The translations under genes and the position numbers were made by a program. From the NCBI GenBank assembly GCA_002256025.1, contig NKIB01014757.1, positions 1-40,838 of the forward strand: 40,838 nt of DNA, read 5' to 3'. The DNA comes from Asterionella formosa (taxonomy: Eukaryota). Each line of letters begins with the position of its first letter. Within the stretch, counting starts at the first letter, position 1. The notes beneath the pieces are model-generated. The model saw nothing but the letters and a program-made list of their open reading frames with translations, was not told the origin of the DNA and did not search any database. Positions 11,401-21,759 of this stretch are shown one piece after another.

Positions 11401-13698
11401 AGATGAATCAGCGGGGGCTTCCGGATCACTGAGCTGCTCAACGTGATCTTCTGTAGCTTCCCCATCAACCCCAACAAGTCGATATGTCACAACCATAGGC
11501 GGCAACGCTGAACCTGGTGTATCCGCAGTTATCGTGTTTCGTCCGTTGCTCCTTTCACCTAAACTGGAACTGAAAACCATAGAAAGGCCCGATCCCGTTG
11601 AAAAGAAAGACGGCGCTGGCTGCCCGGAAAGGAGGGACGACGGGAGAACTGAAGAAGAGTTTTCCATCAGATGATTTCTCCACAGGACCTGATGGACAAC
11701 TCGAAGCTTGAGATCAATGTTGAGAATCTTGTTGCCTACTAGAAGCTCCAGCATTTCCGAACTTTCGGCCATTTGCAAATCATTTGCAATGTAACGACGT
11801 AAATCCCGGACGGTTGGATCATTGTTTCCAACTGATGCAGAATTCGCACCTGCTAACAAAGCTGCCATAGGGATGGGATTACGACTTAGTGATCTACGGA
11901 AAAATTCTTCTTGACTGGGTGCACGCCGCATAAATAATTTAATAGATAGAGGCTTTTTTGGTGGCTTGACAATATCACAAACAGTATGCAATAGGGACTG
12001 TTCCGATGCGATGCTTAGCAAGCGACTTCCGGCGACTGATAGTTTCGGGGTTTCGAGTTGCGGCCTCTGCAAGAAAGCAGAATGCTGGGCAAATAGAGTC
12101 TGCATAGCGGCCCGAATGAAGAAACGTTTCTTGTCTTCATCTGTACCTGCAGAGAATGGAGTCAATGATTCACCGTGCACATTTCGCTCTCGGTTTTCAG
12201 AGGTGAGCAAATCATGATCATTCATATCCTCCATCATTTGATCTCCAAACTCGCGGACTACGTCTACAACATCGGCTTCTTCGTCGTCGTCATTGACAAT
12301 ATCCATTGGGTTGTAGACAGGTTCGTCGTCGGACTCGATTTCATCGTCGTCCTCTTCATTTCTTTCGTCCCCATAATCGCTGTTATCATCGGATTCTTGA
12401 TCATCTTCGTCGTCTTCCACGTGGTGCTCTTTTTCTTGATCTCGTTCGTCAGCATTTTGCTCTTCGTCTTCGCGTTCATCGTCGTCGTCAATGGCATCCA
12501 TCAGTAAATCATCCAAAACGTTTCTGTCTTGTCGTCGGCCCCTAGAACTCGACACTGCTCTTGCCATTGCTGCAGCCGCGGAACTATGCCTTCCTGTGGA
12601 GTCTCCTTCAAGCAAGAGAGATGCAATCCGCTGACCATGTTCAGAGTCACTGGATTGGATTGAGTTTGATCGAGCTCCATCCTTGTCGTTCGATTTAGCA
12701 TTTCCTTCGCGAATCATGACGGTAGAGTCTGGGTCAATCAGTTGCACCAATTGCGAAACGCACGTATCCATTCCCCTCATTGGAGCAGGGAGGGGATAGT
12801 AATCATTCAACGCAGAGTGGGCTACGATGAGGCAGGCTAAAGGACACAAGGGATATTCTCCAATATGAATGGACGGAAGGGTCGAAGTCCAGAGGACGTT
12901 GTTCAATCGTCGAAGCACATCTAGTCTCTTCGAAGAAGTTTCTTCAAAATTTCCACGAGAGGAAGTAGATGCAGCGCGTCGCCTTCGCTTGCTAGTTGGT
13001 GATTCTTCCGTTGCCTTACGTACCACGTTGTCCGTTTGGGTAGCAATAAAATTGAGGAGTACCAAACGGTAACATAAATCCACCAAAAGAATCAACCTTT
13101 TCTGCATTGCCTCCAATGATTCATCTGACTGGAAGACGAGGGAGCTACACTTTCCTCGTGCTTGCGAAGGATGAAGAATTGAAATCAAGTTTACAATGGA
13201 TCTGGTCAGCCACCGGAGACCTCCTGAAGCCACAAATGATTCCTCTTCCCCAGCCAGAAAATGCTTAATCAGACCAAATATTTGAATATCTCCGGGGCAA
13301 GTAGTGTGGCGATCAGCAAATGAAACTAACGCTTCTCGCATTATGGTCGTCGGTCCTTGGAGAAGGAAACAGGAAGCAACCTGTCGCACTCGCAAGTTTG
13401 GCGACAGCAGAGACTGAAAGATCCAGTGCTCCCAAGATGCCGAGTTGCTCGAAATTATAAATTGATTTGGTTGATCTCGTTTCTTCTTCTTTCTTGGTTT
13501 TTTCTTTTTGTATTCTAACTTGCGTTTCTTATGCTTCTGGTGGTACGATGTAGAAGCTTCTAACCGGAAACATGAAGATGTCCACCTAGCAATCTTCCTC
13601 GCGGCTTCGAACCGAGCTAATGCCTCTTTCACCGTTTCTTCCAGAGCTTCTGGACGACCATAAAGCCCTTCCAGGAGCGGGAGAGATGCAGAGTGCAT
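8467..13698 (-). CDS. UBR4: UBR4/BIG-family ubiquitin ligase, C-terminal catalytic part (helical repeats, UBL, hemiRING); about 1743 aa from the first ATG
   Basis: Uninterrupted ORF with UBR4 C-terminal signatures: RAPSQEEFF...ELLVGNKILNIDL (UBL), PMVVTYRLVGVDGEATE, EGLTCAVCQEG...LLGLYAY, TTVSAGNAIHCSCH and EWEGASLRNSRVSCNIILP (hemiRING). The ORF track start at 13740 is TTG; first ATG is 13698; a small upstream exon is possible. Confidence 0.88.
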   Translation of the reverse strand: MHSASLPLLEGLYGRPEALEETVKEALARFEAARKIARWTSSCFRLEASTSYHQKHKKRKLEYKKKKPRKKKKRDQPNQFIISSNSASWEHWIFQSLLSPNLRVRQVASCFLLQGPTTIMREALVSFADRHTTCPGDIQIFGLIKHFLAGEEESFVASGGLRWLTRSIVNLISILHPSQARGKCSSLVFQSDESLEAMQKRLILLVDLCYRLVLLNFIATQTDNVVRKATEESPTSKRRRRAASTSSRGNFEETSSKRLDVLRRLNNVLWTSTLPSIHIGEYPLCPLACLIVAHSALNDYYPLPAPMRGMDTCVSQLVQLIDPDSTVMIREGNAKSNDKDGARSNSIQSSDSEHGQRIASLLLEGDSTGRHSSAAAAMARAVSSSRGRRQDRNVLDDLLMDAIDDDDEREDEEQNADERDQEKEHHVEDDEDDQESDDNSDYGDERNEEDDDEIESDDEPVYNPMDIVNDDDEEADVVDVVREFGDQMMEDMNDHDLLTSENRERNVHGESLTPFSAGTDEDKKRFFIRAAMQTLFAQHSAFLQRPQLETPKLSVAGSRLLSIASEQSLLHTVCDIVKPPKKPLSIKLFMRRAPSQEEFFRRSLSRNPIPMAALLAGANSASVGNNDPTVRDLRRYIANDLQMAESSEMLELLVGNKILNIDLKLRVVHQVLWRNHLMENSSSVLPSSLLSGQPAPSFFSTGSGLSMVFSSSLGERSNGRNTITADTPGSALPPMVVTYRLVGVDGEATEDHVEQLSDPEAPADSSSQEERERLMDQEFGLTRIVTDSRGICVLLRSIRTHVRDILRRIRRDDVKLKTNKKGKRMECNPSLAEFMKSSPCSGLKLLRHCSQLQSNRKKLVEARAPTILLRLLLDVLNLIDEPSDMDSSTDQNATVVNNPTADLIEELIETLASDISTDDETAEDDMENDQGTSTLPLLLSSLRTIYLGPPLRKVIAKLLPFLTYGQVSLSRELAEHFVAHVAVEKLADCGESEHTTSRGFVIMDTFVQAAINLPPSDVCHTLRSELLKCEFVQGIVFFVLQGFPSGPPPWTAALWPKHAVTKKEEVKKEQLEAEWRKYFQRKGVKIAFDMLRGLAKGHEGTQSLIAGVTFGEENEERSFLEACHWIESTSDNKKSQISTFGMGLLAETIIDELREGNDVVTKEVNAIRRRTRDRKKEIAEERRSKALVSLSAHGPLAGNLETGSNKNVVATAPISASSLLAPVFDFFGSSSPATGNEGTGNTRSSMKKSKKSETKLPAWIAEMEALEDEEGLTCAVCQEGRVLQPSELLGLYAYVKKVTIQPHKCGSAGSIEGVMLLVSLPSVLPPSLVNSKIDRDWFRPARIAADALRKSSNVSSSSLSATLPNRRPTQFTTTVSAGNAIHCSCHAKAKNADRTHPKAPKSEWEGASLRNSRVSCNIILPLVSSESSKVPLVAVDMALTDYQTTVSNLLGVRPKSMLWTVLHDVRLLLLRVAFGEPLNGDCGGGSLSSNMALMFYQLFMADMFANDAEHDAPDIASHARALSGGFLAASRIIMAKDYQGVGSATAASLMRGIADSAPMAGLCCILFDNNGSDDSNQNNKEKLPHADRRWIVNKKLFLCGLLACAGRRHAVGADESGCLSPKRGSTRLTKATAFSEWETCNTIMEAEPSTRQNNSGTSSGPMIDDFAMPLRPMITLYAILDKLSSVFVVNMSDELVEQSVIQVVKKVEDCQKTKNIYELLEVADIDMKPNEIIDELQKGLVSA

Positions 13699-14335
13699 TG
13701 GTGAAAGGGTTGTAAACAATGGACTGTTGATAAGGTTCAATAATCAGCGGGCCACTAATTTATTCGAGCACTATGCTTCACCCTGCAAAGAACCCGGAAA
13801 ACAATAATAAGACAGGCATCACACATCGAAAAAACCAGTTTCGTTCCGACCCTTTGCTTATGTACCGTATGGTGTACAATTGGGGGTTTTGGATTGGGGT
13901 TTTTCCCCACAATCTCAATACTCCATATTCCAAAAATCTCCTCGTTTACGTGCATTTCATCCTATGGACATAGAAGTGCCAATGTTTGGCTTTGGTACCA
14001 GTACCTGGTACAGATATGTCAAGAATATAGCATCAATGGCTATAATGAGTCACAAGGACTGTGGACTCGACTAAAGTCAAATGAGTCAAATGGTGCGTTC
14101 CCATGTCAAGAAGCTTGCTAACAAGATTGATGTCTTAGATCAATCAGAAGAAGGTTTACATCAACGAAAAGGGAACACGAAGAACAGGTTCTCGAAGTGT
14201 GATGAATGGGATTGAAACTTATTTTTAGTTTAAGCTTATAATTAAGAAACAGCGAGAATTGACAGAGTAAGGTCAATAGCGAAAACTAGCACAAAGGCTA
14301 GCAGCAGAAAGAAGATAACAATACTACTAGTGGTA

Positions 14336-17237
14336 CCACTTAAAAACTGTAAGCCACCGTTATTATACTCTATCTTTCAACTAAAAATATTCATGTAATT
14401 CAACAATCAAAACTTGATGCAAGTACAAAGCTTATGCTAGACAATGCTTGCTGCTATACTATTAAGGAATCAGTTTTGATTCAGTGTATCAAGCCATGCA
14501 TGAAGAAATAATTTTTCCAAAGTCACTAAGATTATTGCATAGCGGTGGCTTACAGTGCATATTTTTCTATGTGTACATTTATATATTTTCCTCCCAAACT
14601 GTGTTTATTTTTACTCTGTTTATTCTACAAAAATTATTTTCTTATTACTTTATGTTTTACACTTTTGCAGGGCAGCATCATCGTTGAAGAATTCTTCTGA
14701 TGCATTACATTAATCTCGAGCTTCTTTGCATCCAATTACTTGATTGCGGAGTCTCATACTTCATCACGGAATGGTGGATCAGCAGTAGCAGTTGTAGAAG
14801 GAGAGGGAATAGCAACAGGAGGAGGTGCAGTAACAACAACCACAGCCATAGGAGGTGTATGGAGAGGGAATGGTGGCTGCTGGTCACCACGGTGATTGGT
14901 GTTGTCGAATCTTGTAATCATAGCTTGCCTTATTTGTGGAACCGGCAAATCACCTGATTGTTTGTACCAATGCACCATTAATTTCAATTCTGGCACAGAC
15001 ATCTGTTCTTTTGTTTTGTTCTGTTCCTTCAATGTAAGTACTTTTCCGCAAAGTGTATTGAATTCTTGTTGCCTTTTTGTTTCTTTTGTACTAATGACGA
15101 TGTCTGAAATTCGCTTCCATTCCAGTATAGCAGCAAGAATATTTGGCCCAAGGGCAAAGGTTGCTTTGTGCAGAGGCCAGTAGTCCTGCTGATATCCTCT
15201 TCTTGTGTCCCTCAATGTGTGAATCCACTGTCTCCTTTCTCTTTCTAGCATGGGCCTCCTGGTCGATTCCATTTCGCTCATCCTCGCGTTTGCAAAACTC
15301 GTTAATTCTTCTAAAAATTGTTCCAGCAAAGCTAGTTTGGAGGTTTAACTCATCAGGAGGGAGAGTGGCAGTCTCTGTGGGCGAATTGATGTTCTGTTGT
15401 GGTTGGGTCAGTTGAATCTCAGGGTGAAGCAAGACATAATAGTTCAGGGGATACCATCCTTGTTCATAAATTGCTTTCTTGTTTGTTGCAATATTAGCAA
15501 AGGAATTTTCCCATGCCGTATTCACCAGTCCAACAAGGTCAACCTTGTTAATTGTAAGCTCTTTCCTGTGATCTGCTTTTAAGGTGAGCAATTTGCGTTT
15601 TGCTTTTGTGATGTTCATTTTGAAACAACCGTTTTGCTCACTACTGTCTCCAACCTGCCAGTAGCTTGTACCATAAGAAACATCAATACAGACTGTCCAA
15701 TTGTTGTGTACTGGGTTGTTTATGTATTCAAGGAACAAAATGTCAAATCGAGACCCATGTCCATCAAGTATTAGGAATGGTGGGGGCCCATTGTTTTGAG
15801 GAAAGATGCCAGAGTCATCCGTGTGCTTTATCATGCCAACCAGAAGCTCTGAAGCGATTTAGCCGTTTTCCGACACACAACAGTATGTAGGCAACTGTTT
15901 CCCTTCCACATCACAGACTGGTCCTTGTGGATATCGTTTTCCCTTTCCGCTGTTGCCATGTATGTTTTCATCCTCTCCTTCCCAAGCAGCAAACGGATCT
16001 AGGCCAAGCACCCATTCGTCTTCCAGGGCTTTTGCGGCAAAAATAATTGTGCACATTATTGGTTGACCATTGGCTGCAGTGAATCCTAGGACAGTAAAGT
16101 GTGCATCTTTGGTTGGACCCAGATTTGAGGACGGCCACCTGCAGTGCAAAGAAACTTTTCGCCACCAACATTGCCATCTTTTGTTTGGGATGTATTGGAA
16201 CAAACTTCGTCCACAAAGAGGAGACGGTCAGGACTGATTAGCTCATATTCACTTGCTAACCCAAACGCTTCCTGCTCCTCAACTACTAACCCTTCTTTTG
16301 AGTACCATTGTTTGCTTGGGTTTCGTCTTGCAACTCCTCCAGCCACCATTTCTTTATAGACTTCTTTAGACATTGATAAGAAGGACTGGTACATACACCA
16401 ATCTGCATGTTTGCTCTCAAATGTCAATGTAGACACCATGGTTGCAGTTGATGGTTGAAAGAGGGATGAACCAGAAGTGGTATTAATAGTAGTACTAGAC
16501 TTAACTTCTAGTTTAGCACTTCGTTTTAGTTCATTCTTCACTTGGTTAACAGATATCCAAGGGAAAATGCATTCTTGCTTAGCTGATACTGTCCTAGAAA
16601 TAGCACCATAAGGCATTTTTCCACCATTGTTAGCCTTCTTAGCTTCTAGCTCCCTAATCACATTGTTAAGACACCTCTGAACACTGACCAACTCTTCAGG
16701 AGACAATTTCTTTCGAGGCAAGGCATCGCTTTGTCGAGGCCCTTTCGAGGTCATGATGTTGGTATTGTGACAGGTGATGGGTGATTGTTGTGTTTGCATT
16801 TAATTTTTGTACTCATAATTCGGGCGCACCAGGAATTCCTATTTGACGTTTTCCATTAGTGAATTTATCTCTTTATTTTGGCGCACGAGCGAAAGCGCAA
16901 TGACGTTGTAGCCATATTAAATAAATTTTAGAGGATACTAAATTAGTTTTCTAGTGGAGGAATATTGTTATACCTGTATACGAATGTAAAAGGTGATGCT
17001 TGTTGCTCAATCGAGTAAACGTGAAAATATCCAATTTTCGCAATTTCACGTCGACAGCAACCTTTGGGAGATAATACCTAATTAACGATGTACACAATGC
17101 AACAATACAAGTACGGAATTATTTACTCGCTATATAAATCTGAACAACTCGTTCGTGACAATAAATAGCGTATCTTGTTAACTTAGTTCAAACCGTGCGT
17201 TTACTCCGTTTAGCGGTGGCTTACAGTTTTTAAGTGG
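14336..17237 (-). mobile_element. pogo/Fot1-like (Tc1/mariner superfamily) DNA transposon with both ends, defective transposase
   Basis: Perfect 24-bp TIR CCACTTAAAAACTGTAAGCCACCG at 14336-14359 and its reverse complement at 17214-17237; TA on both sides (14334-14335, 17238-17239); encloses DDE_1 transposase fragments. Confidence 0.9.
14754..16799 (-). pseudogene. Frameshifted DDE_1 (pogo-type) transposase
   Basis: Four consecutive ORF pieces in different frames carry LLFVDE, HFTVLGFTAANGQP, SENG, FLILDGHGSR and YGTSYWQVGDSSEQNGCFK. Confidence 0.85.
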
Positions 17238-17365
17238 TACATCAGGTAAGACCTACGTAAGAGGAAACCCGTCAGACAGGAAGGAGTAAAAGACCTTTTA
17301 ACACAGATACCCGGTATGAAGATACACAACAGGCATGTGATTGTTCTACATACCGGTACCAGTAC

Positions 17366-17986
17366 CAGGGAATACATGTTGAGACAATGAATCAAACAAA
17401 TGAAATTTCCCATCATCCATTAAACAGACCATGATAAAATGATGTTTAATTTTAATTTTGTACACAACTGCTTGACCACAATGGAATTATTGGATGGAAT
17501 ATTTCCACTAAAGTTTGAAAATGAAAAATTCCTATTTCACACATATACTGCTGGTATTTAGACTAACATACTGGTAGATGAGGTAATCATTCAATAATAA
17601 TTTTTTTGCAGAAATATTGACAACAAAAATTGAAATCGCTGCTGGATGTGGTTTGCTCATTTTTCATGATACAGCCAAAGGGGAGGCAGGCACTATTGAA
17701 TCCGCAGTGGCTCACTTGATAACTTATGCTAGATGATTATTTCTATCTACTATACAAATGAATGAGAATATTTGAGAAAATGAAATCTTGGAAATGGTGC
17801 TTGTAACAGCTCAAAATGCAAGAAAAAATAACATATTTTTGTACTGAGATTCATGAACACTAATTATCATTGGTTCATTTTGCAGTTAAATACAGACATA
17901 GTACTTAGTAGACATTCAACAATACACTGCTTGCCCTTTTGGTAACTAGAAATTTCGCATCGTATGAATAGACACTAATTCCCCTG
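17366..17986. mobile_element. hAT-like non-autonomous element, about 620 bp
   Basis: Ends CAGGGAAT...ATTCCCCTG (short imperfect TIR). Flanks ACCAGTAC (17358-17365) and ACTAATAT (17987-17994) differ only by three transitions, compatible with an aged 8-bp TSD. Second copy at about 1440-1830; no coding capacity. Confidence 0.6.
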
Positions 17987-18576
17987 ACTAATATGATTAT
18001 AACAGACAATGGTGGTACTGGAATGATAAACTATAATGCTACCGGGTACTGTGGTACACTGGTATGCATGATATTGAAAGCCCACATATCCAACAAGTAA
18101 GTACCACAAATATGTTATTTTGAGGAGTCATCATTGAGGTACTGCACTATAATGTTGGCAGACCAAGGATTTGTGATGACGTGGCATAATTATGAGCCAC
18201 TTTATGCAAATACATGTGCATTCCAGTAAATTTGGTCAATCTTTGCTGAAGCTGAGAATTGTGTGATGAACATATGCTCAAATTAAACTCCAAGGAAATC
18301 ATTGCTTCATGCAACATTGAATTTCCATTTCAGCCAAATCAGGGAATGGCCATGTATTTCATTGGATTTGGCTGGATGTGAGCAAGAAGGGGGGTTCTCA
18401 TCTCATTTCATGATGCTGTTTTGTAACTTCATTGAACCACCTGATTAGTTGTTTTGCTGGGAACAAGTCAATGCCATCTCCATGCAGAAAGTATCATGTA
18501 CTAGAGAGAAATCTAGGAAAACCATTGAAGATATAAAAATATATCAATTGCATAGATTGCTACATTAATTGTCCAT

Positions 18577-20409
18577 TTATTTATTCCTTTTTACTTGCAT
18601 ATAGTTCTTGTCATTGTATCCCATCAATAATGTTCTATCCAATTCATTTCCTTCCATCTCATGTGTAGTATTGCTGCTGCTACTGTCATTGGAACTTGCT
18701 GCAGAAAAGAAATTAAGTGAAGCAGTATCCAGCAGGAGCCCCATGTTAAACTGTTCATTATCATCGACAACATCATTCAATCGACGCATTAAGGACAAGC
18801 TCAACACCAAACATGACATTCCCATGATAAATGCAACAATAAGCTCAGCAAAGACTAAAACAATAACCCATGATGCTCGAATGGGTGGAGGTGGAGTGTA
18901 AGAAAAGGCGTTATCGGGAATGACAAGATTGTATGCAATTGCTGCAGTGGCTGTCCACGTTGAGGAACAAACATCCCGATACTTGAATGGGTGACTACTA
19001 TGAGCGTCAAATGAAGCAACAAGTGCAATGTTACAAGCACTGTCTTGTTCGTCGTTCTTTCCGCTGCTTGTTTGACAAAGTAGATTGAGTGTCGAGTTGG
19101 AGACATAGTGACCAAGACCATCAATTCCATTCCGTTTGAGCCCTCGAGAAACTATATAGTTTAACAATGGTGAAATATATGCATCTGCCTTGCATCCACC
19201 AAATGACCAGAGAGGATAATCTCCACAATCAAACGCGAAGTCCCCATTATGTTGCATGAGGTGAAATGTCACATCCTCTACCCAACTTCTATTTTCCATT
19301 TTGGTCCACAATCCCAGAAAGTTGGTTGCATCGGGTTGAACTATCCATTCTGATGCAAATTTGGATAGGAATGACCTTGTTGGCGTATGCCAGAGGCTAT
19401 CAAGGACATTTTTGCTGGTCTTCTCCCACTCGACTAATTGAAGCAACTGGAATTTGGAGGGCGCCGTAATGGAATCGACAAGAATGTCCGCCATAATCTT
19501 TAAATCTCGATTCGACTGCAACAAGGCTGCAGCATTACCAACATCAAGCATTGAAAATGGACAGGATTGGAGCATGTGAGTTTCACAAGCCGTTTCGTTC
19601 TCGATGCTACCATTAGATTGACAATCACGAGTTGCATTCGATTGGCACTCAAGTAGGTAAATCATTGCTAGATAAGTATCGTTGTCAAAATTCCATGCAT
19701 TTTTTACTTGTGACGGTATGTTAAAGGCGAGCGTCCAGTTGGTAGAATGCATTTGGTCGTTGATTGGTTTAAGAGAGTTGCCGACGATCCAATCATCGGC
19801 CAAGGTAGTCTCCCATGGATGTATCACGTTGTAGCAAGCATCACCAGGACAGTTCCGTAGTACCACGGTATGTAAATACTCATGATAATTCCATAAGTGC
19901 CAAAAGGCACGTTCCAATCCATCCAGATCATCGTCTGTTTGATTCGTCAAATAAAAAGTCTCCAGCACCAGCGATGCATGAATTGGAACCGACGAAATCC
20001 GTTTGGATGAAGAGATCAATTCGCTCTTACCGTAGGGGTCAAACAATCGCCTACTGGGAATGGTGGTGTTTGGCAAGTAGTAATCGACGCTGTCGGTCCC
20101 AAAGTATCGATATTGCGGTATCAGTCCATGTGACATCCCAAGAAACAAAGCATCCAGTGCTCCCCACGCAGCTGCGGAGTCCCCCATCTTGGCATAAGAC
20201 CGAGCTGCTAGTAATCCGGAAGTGGATTCCGAAACCGTGTGTGCTGTGGAGCAAGGAGTCGGATATTGAAGCGTCACATTCGTGAAAGAGTCGCAACGTG
20301 GATTGCTGTGATGTGCTGTTCGGCGAGGGCACGCGGGAACGGTCACGAGCGCTCGATTGAACTCTAGCAATTGCCTTGAATGTTCTAACAATGAGGTGAA
20401 TTTGGACAT
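18577..20409 (-). CDS. Glycoside hydrolase family 63-like (mannosyl/glucosylglycerate hydrolase-type fold) protein with C-terminal transmembrane helix, 610 aa
   Basis: Ordered motifs resembling GH63 MgH/GgH: GLIPQYRY, PIHA, LWNYHEYL, IHPWET, PFSMLDVGNAAALL..NRDL, LW....SF, PLLNYIVSRGLKR.G, WTATAAI. Hydrophobic segment WVIVLVFAELIVAFIMGMSCLVLSLSLM followed by RR; many N-x-S/T sequons. True 5' end uncertain. Confidence 0.65.
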   Translation of the reverse strand: MSKFTSLLEHSRQLLEFNRALVTVPACPRRTAHHSNPRCDSFTNVTLQYPTPCSTAHTVSESTSGLLAARSYAKMGDSAAAWGALDALFLGMSHGLIPQYRYFGTDSVDYYLPNTTIPSRRLFDPYGKSELISSSKRISSVPIHASLVLETFYLTNQTDDDLDGLERAFWHLWNYHEYLHTVVLRNCPGDACYNVIHPWETTLADDWIVGNSLKPINDQMHSTNWTLAFNIPSQVKNAWNFDNDTYLAMIYLLECQSNATRDCQSNGSIENETACETHMLQSCPFSMLDVGNAAALLQSNRDLKIMADILVDSITAPSKFQLLQLVEWEKTSKNVLDSLWHTPTRSFLSKFASEWIVQPDATNFLGLWTKMENRSWVEDVTFHLMQHNGDFAFDCGDYPLWSFGGCKADAYISPLLNYIVSRGLKRNGIDGLGHYVSNSTLNLLCQTSSGKNDEQDSACNIALVASFDAHSSHPFKYRDVCSSTWTATAAIAYNLVIPDNAFSYTPPPPIRASWVIVLVFAELIVAFIMGMSCLVLSLSLMRRLNDVVDDNEQFNMGLLLDTASLNFFSAASSNDSSSSNTTHEMEGNELDRTLLMGYNDKNYMQVKRNK

Positions 20410-20700
20410 GACGACGACGGCTGATTAGAATCATGTATAAATATTATCGAGAGGCTGTGCGTGATAGGAGACAAAAGTAACAAGGTGTTTTCCATGAGAA
20501 GCGATCAATAAGTACCAGTGTAACAACGATACTTAAAGTCGAATTCATGGGAATTCACATGCATTGTCTTCAATCCTCACGCTTTGGACACGAGCGACAA
20601 AAGTATAGAGATGTAGAGAACGACTTCAATTCATCACACAATTCAGCGAAATAAAAAGCTAGATTCCTCCAGTGGCAATATTACTACCGGTATGTATCAC

Positions 20701-20812
20701 TTTCAGGAAATGAATACTGTATTACTTCCAGAAAATTCCTACCGGTGTAAATTTCAGGAAGTATTAATATGACTTCCAGGAAATGCATTTGGAAATTTCA
20801 GGAAATGCTTTC
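20701..20812. promoter_or_regulatory. Cluster of heat-shock-element-like nGAAn inverted repeats upstream of the GH63-like gene
   Basis: TTCcaGAAaaTTC (20726-20738) and GAAatTTCagGAA (20792-20804) are perfect three-unit arrays; further TTCagGAA dyads at about 20702 and 20753. Confidence 0.4.
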
Positions 20813-21759
20813 AGTTTTCCTTACGTCTCCAAAATCGTCAAAACTTACTTATTTTAGGCTATGGTTTAAGTCATTGGGATCATTTTGAAATACTGGTACT
20901 AGTTACTAACTATTACCATATATAGTCTATACATCAAATTCAAACCTGTACCATCATAGTAGTACTCAGTAGTACTTACTACTATAGATCTAGGGCTCCG
21001 GGGGCTGCAGCTGACAAAAAGACAGGTCCTGTTGTACCATACGGACAAATAAAACCAGTACTAATTGTGTCCATTGTTTCATTTATTTGGGCACAAGTGC
21101 GATTATTGGATAGCTCTAATGTACTATAAGATTTGATTGATAATTTTAAGATACAGTCTGTATTGTATCTTCACTGATAAGATCATCTTGGGAATTCATG
21201 GGAATTCACATGCTATTCAATCCTTAAGCTTGTACATGTGGGATGAAAGTATAGAGCAGTTTGGTAATTTTGTACTAGACTAGTAGCTAGAAACTGCCTA
21301 ATAAGAGTAGACAAAAGCAATATCTGAGTATGGGAGAAAACCAAGCTTCAGCTTAGTAATCACCAGTATCAAATGCAGGCTAAGGTCGGGGTCATGATGG
21401 TTGAAAATTTTGTAATTGTCATGTGATATCATCTAGTGGTAGTAGTAATTCACCTCGACTATTGGAAAAAGAAGTTTCTCTATGTACTAGTTTTGATTCC
21501 AATATTAAAGCTATTATGACTAGTCTAGTAGGAGAAGAATTGAATTCAAGACAAAGGAGAAGGGAAAGAAGCAATTACTAGCTAGTACTAGTAAATTCAT
21601 AATGATAAAGGGGGGACTGATGTTTCATCAGAACCAGCTACTGCTTCACTGTCCCAATTTCTGACGAGAAACGACATGCTAGTACAGGACTCATCATTTA
21701 ATTCATTGTTCCCCCTGCAATCATCCACTACTCTCAGCAGAAACAACGGCATCCAGCAA

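Noticed and set aside
13699..13740. TTG start for the 1757-aa ORF
   Set aside because: Eukaryotic context; the first ATG at 13698 or an unresolved upstream exon is more likely.
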